Below are positions 54,201 to 64,000 of a stretch of 64,000 bases of DNA, piece after piece. This DNA is from Octopus sinensis (taxonomy: Eukaryota). The DNA lies in the NCBI RefSeq assembly GCF_006345805.1, contig NC_043000.1:79980001-80044000 (forward strand). The letters run 5' to 3'. The position numbers were made by a program, and so were the translations under genes. Under the pieces are notes generated by a model that ran no database searches, was not told the origin of the DNA, and saw nothing but the letters and a program-made list of their open reading frames with translations. Numbering within the stretch: the stretch's first letter is position 1; each line of letters starts with the position of its first letter.

Positions 54201-56335
54201 CAACACAACCATTGTGCAATGTGTTTAGATGAGCAACAGAATGACTACTGCACAAATGTCTCTTCCAAAATTTTAAAGATCAATAGTCAAACTCTCCTGA
54301 TGGTTGTTGCAAAATTACCAAATGGAAAATCATCTGGGAGAGATCTGAGAGTCAGTTATTAGTACAGAAATTACATGTTTTACTGATCAGGCTTTATCAA
54401 CCTATTCACCAGAACAATGGAAACTGAACTCAGTGTGCCAGACAGGCTGGCAGTTGCATTTGCAGCATTAGTACCTAAAAATTAAGGAGATGCATGTGAA
54501 CAAAAACTACTGGACTCAATGATGCTTGAATGTTATGTATAAGTTGTATACAGGTTGTATGGCTGTATTCCTTCAGAATCACTTCAAAATACACAATGTA
54601 ACAACTGTTGAGTTCTATCTGCTATAATCAATGTCATTAAAAGACTGATACCAAGACCCACAGGGCTAACAATAAAACTTGAAGCCATTACTTTAGTCCT
54701 TAACAGAATTTGGTTAGCAACAGGAATATAGCAGGGTAGCAGCTTATCTGTAATGATTTTCAAACTGTGAACCTTTTGTCATCTTTGTTGAGGAAATGCA
54801 ATAACTACTTGATAGAATGTGTACAGGAGAGAAAAATAAATATCAACTGCATCATTTTTGTTGAGGTCCTTAAGCTGTATTTGAGCAATATTCATGACAC
54901 CATGAGATAGACTGGATAGAACATAGGGATGGAGTTTGGTTAGTGTAAGTGTTCATATTTAATAGTCAAATAAGGAAAAATTTTCAACCAGACAAGAACT
55001 ATGGATATCACTAGCCTGTCTATCTCCCCTATCTCTAGAGATGAATGATATAAATACCTCAAAATTGATGAAAATATTGCATATATTGATTCTATGAGCA
55101 AAGCGAAAGTAACAAAATGATTCTTCAGCAGATTGTGGAAGGTATTGAGAGTAGAACATAAGACCAGGAAAGTTATAGTTATAATGCCAATTGACAGTTA
55201 GAAGTGGTCACATCATTCTTGCATGACATAGGAAAAAAGACTGGTCACAATAAGTGTTCATATTTGGCAGTCAAATAAGAAATATAGATAGTGGTGTCAT
55301 GTTTCTCTCCTTATCATTATGGTGAATGTTACAAATGACTTGGAATATTGCATATGTTGGTGCTGTGAGTAAAACCAGAGTGACAAAAAAAAAAGGTCTC
55401 ATCATAGGGAATGAAAATCAAAGCAGTTTATTTGTATGACTCAAAACAGATTGTATGTAATAAATCTGTGTCTCATAATGCTTTTGTAGTGCTAGTGCTA
55501 CTGCAAAAATTTGAAACACCAGATTGGATGCAATTAAGAAATTCACTTCAACAGTGATACTTACAGAATCTACATTAAATAGAAGAAGAATGGTGGCAGA
55601 AGCTTAAAATCAGTCCAGATGGGCTTTGAATGCTGCAGTGTATTACTTAGACAACATATATTGAACAGAAAAGGGAGAAACATGTACGTAACATATATAC
55701 TCGACAGTGAAGGTAATAACATTAAAAGAACAGGTGAAGAACTCCTGAAAAGGCACTTTGACTATATCCCTATTCAATGTGCATCAAGGGTGGCTAGGAT
55801 GACCAACTTAAGCAGAAACTTGTAAGAAAAATACTTATAGCAACAGAAAATTATGCATGTATATGTATCCCACAAACTACGAAATACTGACAACTGTAGC
55901 CTTCCTGAACCTATGATAGATTCATCACATTTTACCTAGAAGACCATGTCTTTGCTGTTCAAGAACAGGAGAGAGCTACTAAATACCTGATCAACAGGAG
56001 AGATAAGAATGCCTCTAGACTGTTACATTGTGATAGATGCTGATTGCACATGTACACTAGTGTGGAATACCACCTATATCATTAGCAGTTGTCCAAAAAT
56101 GTCCACAAGATATCACCTTCTCACGAGGCAGGACATTGTCACTAAAGCTATTTACTATGCTATATACAAGAAGGATTGTCCTGATGGTCATACCAAAGAC
56201 ACACCTGAATGCCAGCAAAACGTTTCAATCAAAACAATGGCCTGGTGTGAGCACTAGAGGCCAGATATTGCTTTATGAGATGAGGAACAAAAATCATGCA
56301 TTACTATAGAGATCAGCTATACTGGGCTGTGTAGC
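54190..56335 (+). mobile_element. Decayed R4/Dong-like LINE (RT plus CCHC plus restriction-like endonuclease)
   Basis: Remnants GI*QGSSLSVMIF, NIGMEFG*CKC, YKYL, CCHC-region HI.S.CP...R.D.V and RPDI, in the expected order. Confidence 0.6.
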
Positions 56336-56518
56336 AATAGATTTGTCTAGAGTGGATGGAAGTTGCAGAAGAGGGAGACCCAGGAACACAGGGGATGAAG
56401 TAGTGAAGACTGATCTGAAGATGCTGAGCCTTACAAGGAGATGACAGAGGACCAAAATATGTGGCTTGCCCCACTGAGAACGTTTCCAGTTACTTTTGGC
56501 TACCTCCTCATATACATA

Positions 56519-57796
56519 TCAGGTCATCCCATAAGTTCTGTCCGACTTTACCGTTTTTTAAATTGAATGAAATTTAATAGTATTTTAGAATGTCTAATGG
56601 AATTCAAAATTATTTTTATGCATTTGTGTACATTTAAACTAATTAAATATTATTTTACAGAATAATAGAATTAAAATTTCTTTGATTAAAACATTTTCTA
56701 ACATGGAAGTATTCAAAGAGCATTTGAGGCACATAATGCTTTAAGAGTACAAAAAAAGAAACTCTGCAGCCGAAGCGTCTCGAAACATAAACTCAGTTTA
56801 TGGGAAAGTATGCTTGAATAAAAGAACTTGCAGAAGATGGTTTGCAAAATTCAGAAGCGGAGATTTCAGCCTTGAAGATGAAGATCGAACAGGAGTTTGA
56901 TGATAAGCTCCTTGAGGTATTACTTGAAGAAAATCCAGTATTATCAGTTGAAAAATTGGCAATAAAGCTTAGTTCAAACCATACAACTGTTCAGCATCAT
57001 CTTCAACAACTTGGAAACGTTCCTAAACTTGGAAAATAGGTACTTCATGAACTGTTCAAAAGCAACCGCAAATCCAGAGTTGACATCTGCTCTTCTCTCC
57101 ATTCTAGCAAATTCATTTCATCCTTTTTGGATAGATTTGTGACTGGTGATGAAAAATGGATCTTCTATCGAAATGTTAAACGTTGTAAACAGTGGCTTGG
57201 TAAAAGGGAAAAAGCTCAACCACAACTGAGAAGGGAACTTCATGGGAAAAAGGTTCTTCTCTCTATCTGGTGGGATTGCAAAGGAGTACTTCCCTTTGAA
57301 TTGTTACCACCTAATGCAACAATCAATGCTCAAGTCTAATGTTAGCAATTAGAGCGTTTGGACCAGGCTTTGAAAAAAAAAAAGATCCACTTTAGTAAAT
57401 CGAAAAAGAGTGATGTTTCATCAGGACAATGCATGACCCCACATTGCAAAGATCACATCACAGAAGATCGAAGGGCTTGGTTGGGAAAAAATTCTTCATC
57501 CACTTTATTCTCCCGACCTTGCTCCTTCAGACTACCATTTCTTTCATAGTTTATGGAATCATTTGGAGAACATGACTTTTGCAAATCAGGAGGAGGTCGA
57601 AACTGACATTTCAGAGTTCTTCGCTTTGAAACCAAAAGAGTTTTACATTGATGGGATTAAAAAGCATGTAAATAGATGGAAGGAAGTCATAGATAATCAG
57701 GGAAAGTAAATTGATGATTAAATTTACATTAAATATAACATTTGATAACTTGTTTTCTTTATTCAAAACTTGGACAGAACTTATGGGATGACCTGA
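56519..57796 (+). mobile_element. Full-length but disabled mariner
   Basis: TIR tcaggtcatcccataagttctgtcc / ggacagaacttatgggatgacctga, flanked by TA. Transposase from 56703 with GDEKW, K*VLHEL and YSPDLAPSDY remnants; stops and frameshifts. Confidence 0.92.
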
Positions 57797-57895
57797 TACA
57801 TTTAAACATGCATGCAAGCAAAAAAAAACAAAAGACAAGTGCCTTACTATTTTGTGTCCAGCAAAGAGAAAAACTTAAATAAATACTATGGGAAA

Positions 57896-57927
<32 letters not shown>

Positions 57928-58021
57928 TATATAACTTAGAATAAATATTGATGTTGGAGATTCATCTATTCTGAAATTTCCTCCTCTCTGGGTGTTTATT
58001 TTTGTGGTTGCCATTAAAATA

Positions 58022-58813
58022 ATGGCAGCTGTTGTATCTGTCCAGTTAGAATCAGTGGCCTACCTTGTCTGTTTGACACATGCTCTGTCTACGGAGTGAG
58101 AAGAAATTATGGGACTCTTACTTGGTGAGATTGATGAAAAGAAGGTTGCTCATATATCTGCTGGGATAATGCTGAGAAGATCTGACAAACAAGCTGACTG
58201 TGTTGAAATTTCCCCTGAACAACTGTCAGCTGCATCTATCAAGGCAGAGGAATTAGCTATAGAACTTAAAAAACCCCTCAGGGTACTTGGTTGGTACCAT
58301 TCACACCCACACATCCCAGTTTGGCCATCTCATGTTGACGTCCAAACTCAGGCCATGTACCAAATGATGGAACCAGACATCACTGGGCTCATCTTTTCTG
58401 TTTTTAATGAAGACAAAAACTCAAAGCAAAACAAAATCCAAACAACTTGTTTTCAGTCCAGAAAGAGCAGTTTATCTGAGAATCAATTTGAACGTATTAA
58501 AATTCCGCTCCACATAGTGCCCAGTAGTAGCATCGGTCAAGCCTGCTTAGAGCCTCTTGTAGAACTGGCCAAAATCATAAGCCAGGAAGAAGATGAAGCT
58601 TATCAAAGTCTAGCACAGAATTCTGATATGGATCTCATCACAAAGTTACACAATGCCTCAGTGTATAGCTGCAGCCTGGCTCTGATCATGGAAGTATTGA
58701 TGGGACCTTTGATGCAAACACTGGAAGCAAGACATGAAAGAAATTTGCTACGTATCCAAGAACTAACCTAGAAACAGTGCCAAATCTTGAACCAGATTGA
58801 AGCTGGGACATGA
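58022..58813 (+). pseudogene. BRCC3: Processed (intronless) copy of BRCC3/BRCC36, the JAMM/MPN+ K63 deubiquitinase
   Basis: LESVAYLVCLTHALSTE*EEIMGLLLGE...VEISPEQLSAAS...GWYHSHPHIPVWPSHVDVQTQAMYQMM...GLIFSVF. Premature TGA at 58097-58099 and TAG at 58769-58771; likely native TGA at 58811-58813; no introns. Confidence 0.93.
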
Positions 58814-59085
58814 AATCACAAAGTGGATTTAGCAGGGCTTTATTTATTATTTTTTTTGCATTAATTTTTTTTTAAAAAAAGTAAACCATTAAACAACAAA
58901 TTGCAAAGCGGTTGTTTTATATCCCTATCTCCACACAACTCCAAAATGTATTTAACTGACACCTAATTCTGTAAAGTATTAAAGCAAAACTGCTTTGTCA
59001 TCATGCCATAAAAAATGACTTTGGAAATATCAAAGAACAGATTTGTATATATATCTTACTTCACCAAAACAAATCCTGGGATATA

Positions 59086-60377
59086 CGAGGGACGTTCAAT
59101 AAGTAATGCCCCTGACTCACTTGCGTTTGTTTGATCTAGCTGAAATTTTGCATGTGCAATTATTTATATCTCTATAGATTAAGTGGCAAATTATAGCTCT
59201 GAACTAATTGTGGTTTCTGATTTACAGGTGTTTGAACTGAGTCAAGTGTGAAATGGAGCCTGTTGAGTGTTGAGCAGTGATCCGGTTTTTGTATTTGAAA
59301 GGTCGCACACCACGGGAGACTTTTGATGAAATGAAAGTAACTTATGGTGATGATGCTCCATCATATGACCTTGTAAAACGCTGGCATCGTGAATTCAAAC
59401 ATGGTCAGAACTCTGTGGAAACAGCTCCCAGATCTGGTCGCCCCACTTCTGCCATTGATGAGGCATCTGTCCATCAAGGTGAGGCTGCCATTTTGGAAGA
59501 TCGATGCATAACTATTCACCAAATAGCCCATTACGTCAAGATTAGTACCGGGTCTGTGGAAACTATCATTCATGACCATTTGCATATGCAAAAGGTGTCT
59601 GCCAGATGGATTCCCAGGTTGCTCACACCTTTCCAGAAGCAAGAACGCGTCAAGTGCTCGAGGATGAATTTGGAGATGTGCCAAGAAGATTAGTCAAAAT
59701 TTTTTAAAAGACTGATTACACAGGATGAAACCTGGGTCCATCACTATGATCCAGAGACCAAAGCCCAATCAATGCAGTCGAAGCACTGTGACTCACCTCC
59801 TCCAAAGAAGGCAAGGGTGCAGCCCTCCGCTGGGACGGTCATGCTCACAATCTTCTGGGACCAGGACGGAGTAGTGATGACAGATTTCCTGGCAAAGGGT
59901 ACCACAATTACAAGAGCCTATTATGCTTCACTTTTGAGGAAATTAAGAGAAGCTATCAAAATCAAGAGGCAGGGCAAGATCAGCAAAGGCATCCTCCTCC
60001 TGCAGGACAACGCTCCGGTCCACAACTCGCGTGTCGCCAGATCAGAAGCACAGGCATGCGGCTATGAACTCCTCCCCCATCCCCCTACTCTCTTGACCTT
60101 GCACCCTCTGATTTTCACCTCTTCCCAGCCATGAAGTTGTTTTTGAAAGGAAAGAGTTTCCCAGATGATGCAGCCTTGATTTCTGAAGTCACGTCATGGT
60201 TGGGGGACCAAGCTGGGGTCTTCTACAAAAACGGCCTCCAGAGCTGCATCAAACAATGGGAGAAATGCGTAACTCTGGGTGGTTCCTATGTAGAAAAAGA
60301 CTAATAACTATGCCAAGTTTCGTTGCTCTACCCCTATGGGAAGTGGGTCAGGGGCATTACTTATTGAACGCCCCTCG
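59086..60377 (+). mobile_element. Full-length but disabled mariner (irritans/Hsmar2-like TIR)
   Basis: TIR CGAGGGACGTTCAATAAGTAATGCCCCTGAC and its reverse complement, flanked by TA. WIPRLL, QDETW and QDNAPVH motifs; stops at 59271 and 59691 plus a frameshift. Confidence 0.93.
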
Positions 60378-60659
60378 TATATATATATAAGAAAAAATAT
60401 TGTCAAACTGTTTTATATGTTTTACCCCAGCTATTAAAAAGGCTTAAAGAAACACTACAAAAGTTATTTAAACCCCACACTGATCAGAATAGGACAATTA
60501 TGTGCAGCTGTTTGGGTGCTGAAAATAAAATAAAAAAAAGAAAGCCAGGTGGTACTATTAAGTTAGACATGGCCTGGGCCAGTACTGGCCAAAACCTTTC
60601 TAAGTTATATGTGTGTATATATATATGTATGTATGTATGTATATATATATATATATATA

Positions 60660-60744
60660 CTTTATTTAAAGCAGCAGAAAATTCAACAAAACCTGTTACT
60701 CTGAGTAACAGGTTTTGTTGAATTTTCTGCTGCTTTAAATAAAG
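60660..60744. repeat. 85-bp palindrome (1-nt loop at 60702), same family as 18912-19069
   Basis: Arms cttta...ctgttactc / gagtaacag...taaag, followed by the same tail as 19070-19140. Confidence 0.92.
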
Positions 60745-61387
60745 CATATTACTCTACCACTGGTATTTGAGTACTCTTTTTTCCACCTTGTTTCACATTT
60801 ATGTGTTTACTCCGGTATATATATATATATATATATATGTGTATATATGTATATATATATGTATGTATGTATCTTTATATATATAAAACTGAGAATGTGT
60901 GTTTGTCTGTCTGTGTGTTTCCCTAAAACTTGAGAACTACACAACCAATTTCATTCAAATTTTACACATGCCTTACTTAGGGTCCAGGGAGTGTTACCTA
61001 GGGCGAGCCCACAGCAGTATCATATCTTCTCCACTATTTCAGTATTACGTGTTAAAAGTGAAACAAAAACGTTTCTCTATTTTATGTCAGATACTTTCAC
61101 TTTAACAATAAGAATAATAATAACAATTGAATTATATGTAGTACGTAATAATTAAAATCAAACTAAAGTAACATGACAAAAGTAAAAATAGCAATTGGTA
61201 TAAAATTGCATCAATGATTTGAACTTGAATAAGTGGTTTCACATGAATAGGAATAAATTAAAAATAAAATTAGCGTGCAGAAATGGAATAGTCCAGATGG
61301 ATAATAAAAAATTAAATTAAAGAAAAGACTATTGTCTATAAAGTATACAATGTAGAGAAAAAAGAAGATTTGAAAACATGGAGGAAA

Positions 61388-63310
61388 TTTACCCAAGTGT
61401 GTTGTGAGTTATTTTTTGCATGTGAAACTTTGGAAAAAAACTGTTAAAAAATTGTCAAAAATTGAATCGCGCGAGGCGTTTGCCGCTGCGTGTTTGAACC
61501 TTTTATAGAAGGTGTGTCGACCCTCAAGTCATGGAGACTTACGCGGGGGTCGCCACAACAAAAAGTGACGAGTCACTTAGAATAAAAGAAGTGTTCTTTA
61601 GAAAAGAACAATTGAAGGAATACGAGAAGTTCGTCAAAAGGGAGGGTGACAGCGTGAAGCTGGTCCCGCCTGTGGAAACAATAGAAGAAAAAAATAACAA
61701 GACGATAACGTATAGAACGCAAGATAGAAACACGAGAAAACTGGTGAGAGTGACGATTGAAGAAATAGAGAAATGTCTGGGGGACATCATGAAAAAAGCG
61801 ACTTTTGTAGACAGAGGAAAGAAATATGGTACGGTGGAGGTGAGATGCGCAACAAAGGAAGTGGCGGCCTCATTGGCTTCCACTGTCCTGAAAGCGGAAA
61901 ATTTCACCATGTGGCCGACGTATAAAGGAAGACGAGGGGTACGGGTAAGAGTCCCAAAGGTGCCCCCAAATATTAAAACAGAAATGCTGGTAACAGCCAT
62001 TATTGGGGCAGCAAAAGAGGAAGTAGAAATAGGGTCAATTAAGGAGACGAACGTTGTAAATTGGAAGGGATTCGGAGTCGAGTTGTGGCTGATGGCCACA
62101 ATTGAAGACATCGAAAGATTTCCCTTCCAAATAGAAATAGAAAACGAAAAAACAATTAGTGTAATAGTGGAAGGCAGAAAACCGAATTGCTACCTGTGCG
62201 GCTCAAGAGGGCACATAAAAAAGGAATGTCCGCTGTATGAATTCACAGCGGAGCAAAAAGAGACACAAAGTGGAGAGAAGGAAAACGAACACGAAGGAAA
62301 GAACAGCGAAAACAAGGAAAAGGAAATAACGGAGAAACAACAAGAGAAGGGAAGTAACAGCGCACTGAAGGAAAATGAAAACAAAGGGAAGAAGATAGTA
62401 GAAAAGGAGCAAAATTCACAGGGTGCAGAAGTAGAGGAGAAGGAGCCAAGGCAGAAGCAAGAGAAAGAAAAGGAAAGTACATTAAAGGAAAGAGAAAAAG
62501 CAGGAAAAGAACAAGAGAAGGAACAGAACCAAGAGAAAGGAAAAGATGGTATGCAAATAGGAAAAGAAACAACAGGAAAGGAACTTAAGGCACAGGGTAG
62601 AGAGACGGCAGACAAAGAGCCAAAAAGACAAGAGAAGGAAAAAGAAAGAAGAGAAAGCAAAAAGAGAGAAAGAGAGAAACCGAGGGAGGAGAAAAAAGAG
62701 GAAGTAAGTCCTAAGAGAAAAACTAGAGAAAACGCAGGTACGAATAGAAAATTCAAATACTATGGAACGTTGATCCATCACAAGCACTGTGAGGAGATGG
62801 AAAATTTAATAAGCGAAACAAACGGATATACGTGGGTCAGGATGGGCACCGAATGGAAAGAAACAGGTGCACTCGTCCACGAGAACGACGCCGAGGCGTT
62901 CATCGAGGCAGCTGGCGAGAACGTGTTAAAACATATGAAATGCCGACTTCCAAGGTGGCCTCGAACGATGGAAATTTACTCAGATTTGGTAGACATAATG
63001 GAGTATATATAAAAGAAAAGGTATTGTGAAAACTTTAATTTGGAAATGATAAAAGAACTTTAAATTCGGAAAAAAAAAAAAAAAAAGAAATGTTGAACTT
63101 TGTAAAACTTTTTGAAATGTATGTTGAAAATGTATAAAATGTTTTATTTGAAAATATTGTTGACGAATAAAAATAAATGACGAAATGTAACCGCTCGATT
63201 ACGGGGATCGAGTGGGCATTGCACCACATTGTACAAACTTCATAATTCATTATTCATTTTCCCGATTGTATTGTCCCATCTATGTAGCCCCTAGTGGGTA
63301 ATAATAAAAC
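61388..63310 (+). mobile_element. ORF1-only non-LTR retroelement (half-L1/Tx1-like) with 13-bp TSD
   Basis: AACATGGAGGAAA at 61375-61387 and 63311-63323; CpG-rich 5' UTR; single ORF; 3' 9-bp stem-loop (63191-63215) and (TAA)n-like tail; no RT or EN. Confidence 0.65.
61531..63012 (+). CDS. 493-aa gag/ORF1-like nucleic-acid-binding protein with CCHC zinc knuckle and K/E-rich tail
   Basis: Uninterrupted ORF; N-terminal TYAGVA, RRM-like region, EGRKPNCYLCGSRGHIKKECP (C220-C233, 62188-62229), charged low-complexity region, and a C-terminal segment of about 85 aa of normal complexity. Confidence 0.85.
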   Translation: METYAGVATTKSDESLRIKEVFFRKEQLKEYEKFVKREGDSVKLVPPVETIEEKNNKTITYRTQDRNTRKLVRVTIEEIEKCLGDIMKKATFVDRGKKYGTVEVRCATKEVAASLASTVLKAENFTMWPTYKGRRGVRVRVPKVPPNIKTEMLVTAIIGAAKEEVEIGSIKETNVVNWKGFGVELWLMATIEDIERFPFQIEIENEKTISVIVEGRKPNCYLCGSRGHIKKECPLYEFTAEQKETQSGEKENEHEGKNSENKEKEITEKQQEKGSNSALKENENKGKKIVEKEQNSQGAEVEEKEPRQKQEKEKESTLKEREKAGKEQEKEQNQEKGKDGMQIGKETTGKELKAQGRETADKEPKRQEKEKERRESKKREREKPREEKKEEVSPKRKTRENAGTNRKFKYYGTLIHHKHCEEMENLISETNGYTWVRMGTEWKETGALVHENDAEAFIEAAGENVLKHMKCRLPRWPRTMEIYSDLVDIMEYI

Positions 63311-63313
63311 AAC

Positions 63314-63640
63314 ATGGAGGAAAGCACTTTCAAAAAGTGTCTTGGTGCGACTGTGAAAGGTATCTAATCAGAGGCGGTAAATTAGCCACAATAGAAGCAA
63401 GGTGCGAGTCTACGGAGCGTGCAAGGGAGTACTCGACTCAAACTTGCAAAGTGGAAATATTTTATTTTTACCTTTATATCTGGGATGTAGGATGTCCCGG
63501 AAAAAAATTTAAAATGCCCCCCCACCCAGAAGTAGAGGTAGGCTGGATTGTAGCCACACTTCTATACAAGAGGGAGGACAAGATACAATTGATCGAAATT
63601 ACAAGAGACGAGCTAACAATTCCAGTCTGTTATATATTTT
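63314..63640 (+). pseudogene. Frameshifted paralogue of the ORF1 N-terminus (continues from about 61320-61387)
   Basis: KKCLGATVKG / YLIRGGKLATIEARCESTERA aligns by eye with EKCLGDIMKKATFVDRGKKYGTVEVRCATKEVA of the intact ORF; upstream KEKTIVYKV matches NNKTITYRT. Confidence 0.6.
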
Positions 63641-63757
63641 GAGTATTGTTATCACTAGCGATATCAAGATATAACTTTGTATTTTGTATTTTATGTGTAG
63701 ATGTATATATATAGATGTACATGTAATATGTACACATATATACACATATATACATGC

Positions 63758-63799
63758 ACTAGCACTATGACCCGGCAACGACGGGTCTTTAATGCTAGT
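63758..63799. other. Helitron-type 3' terminal hairpin with CTAG on both sides
   Basis: ACTAGCACTAT-GACCCG gcaacga CGGGTC-TTTAATGCTAGT. Confidence 0.6.
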
Positions 63800-64000
63800 A
63801 TATATATATGTATGTATATGTATATATATATATACACACATATATATATACATATATATACATATATTTCTATATATATATATATGTATACATATATATG
63901 CATATGTATGTATATATATATAGAGATATGTATATATATATGTATATGTATATATAAATATATGTATATATATGTATATATATGTATGTATATATATGTA

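Noticed and set aside
61539-62787. Minus-strand F/S/L-rich ORFs of 69-190 aa
   Set aside because: Antisense shadows of the purine-rich ORF1 on the plus strand.

Overview
AT-rich, microsatellite-saturated eukaryotic DNA. The repeat families (tRNA-derived SINEs, RTE LINEs with (GAT)n tails, long (TA)n/(TAGA)n/(CA)n tracts) point to a coleoid cephalopod, probably Octopus; this is inferred, not searched. Most of the window is transposon debris: three TIR-to-TIR but disabled mariners, Tc1 and pogo fragments, non-autonomous Helitrons (one with a PIF1 helicase piece), three large RTE copies, a decayed R4/Dong-like LINE, Penelope-like (PLE) RT and GIY-YIG fragments, and many SINEs. Non-TE content: an intact initiator tRNA-Met gene (17380-17451), an intronless BRCC3 retrocopy with two nonsense codons (58022-58813), and three phase-compatible + strand exons of an unidentified gene (45297-45956). 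Two signals stand out. (1) Recurrent fold-back mini-elements carry minimal type I hammerhead ribozyme motifs; two distinct families share a non-canonical CCGANGA core. (2) An intact ORF1-only (zinc-knuckle, no RT) retroelement with a 13-bp target-site duplication sits inside a decayed relative of itself. Most ORFs in the supplied track are microsatellite or antisense artefacts.
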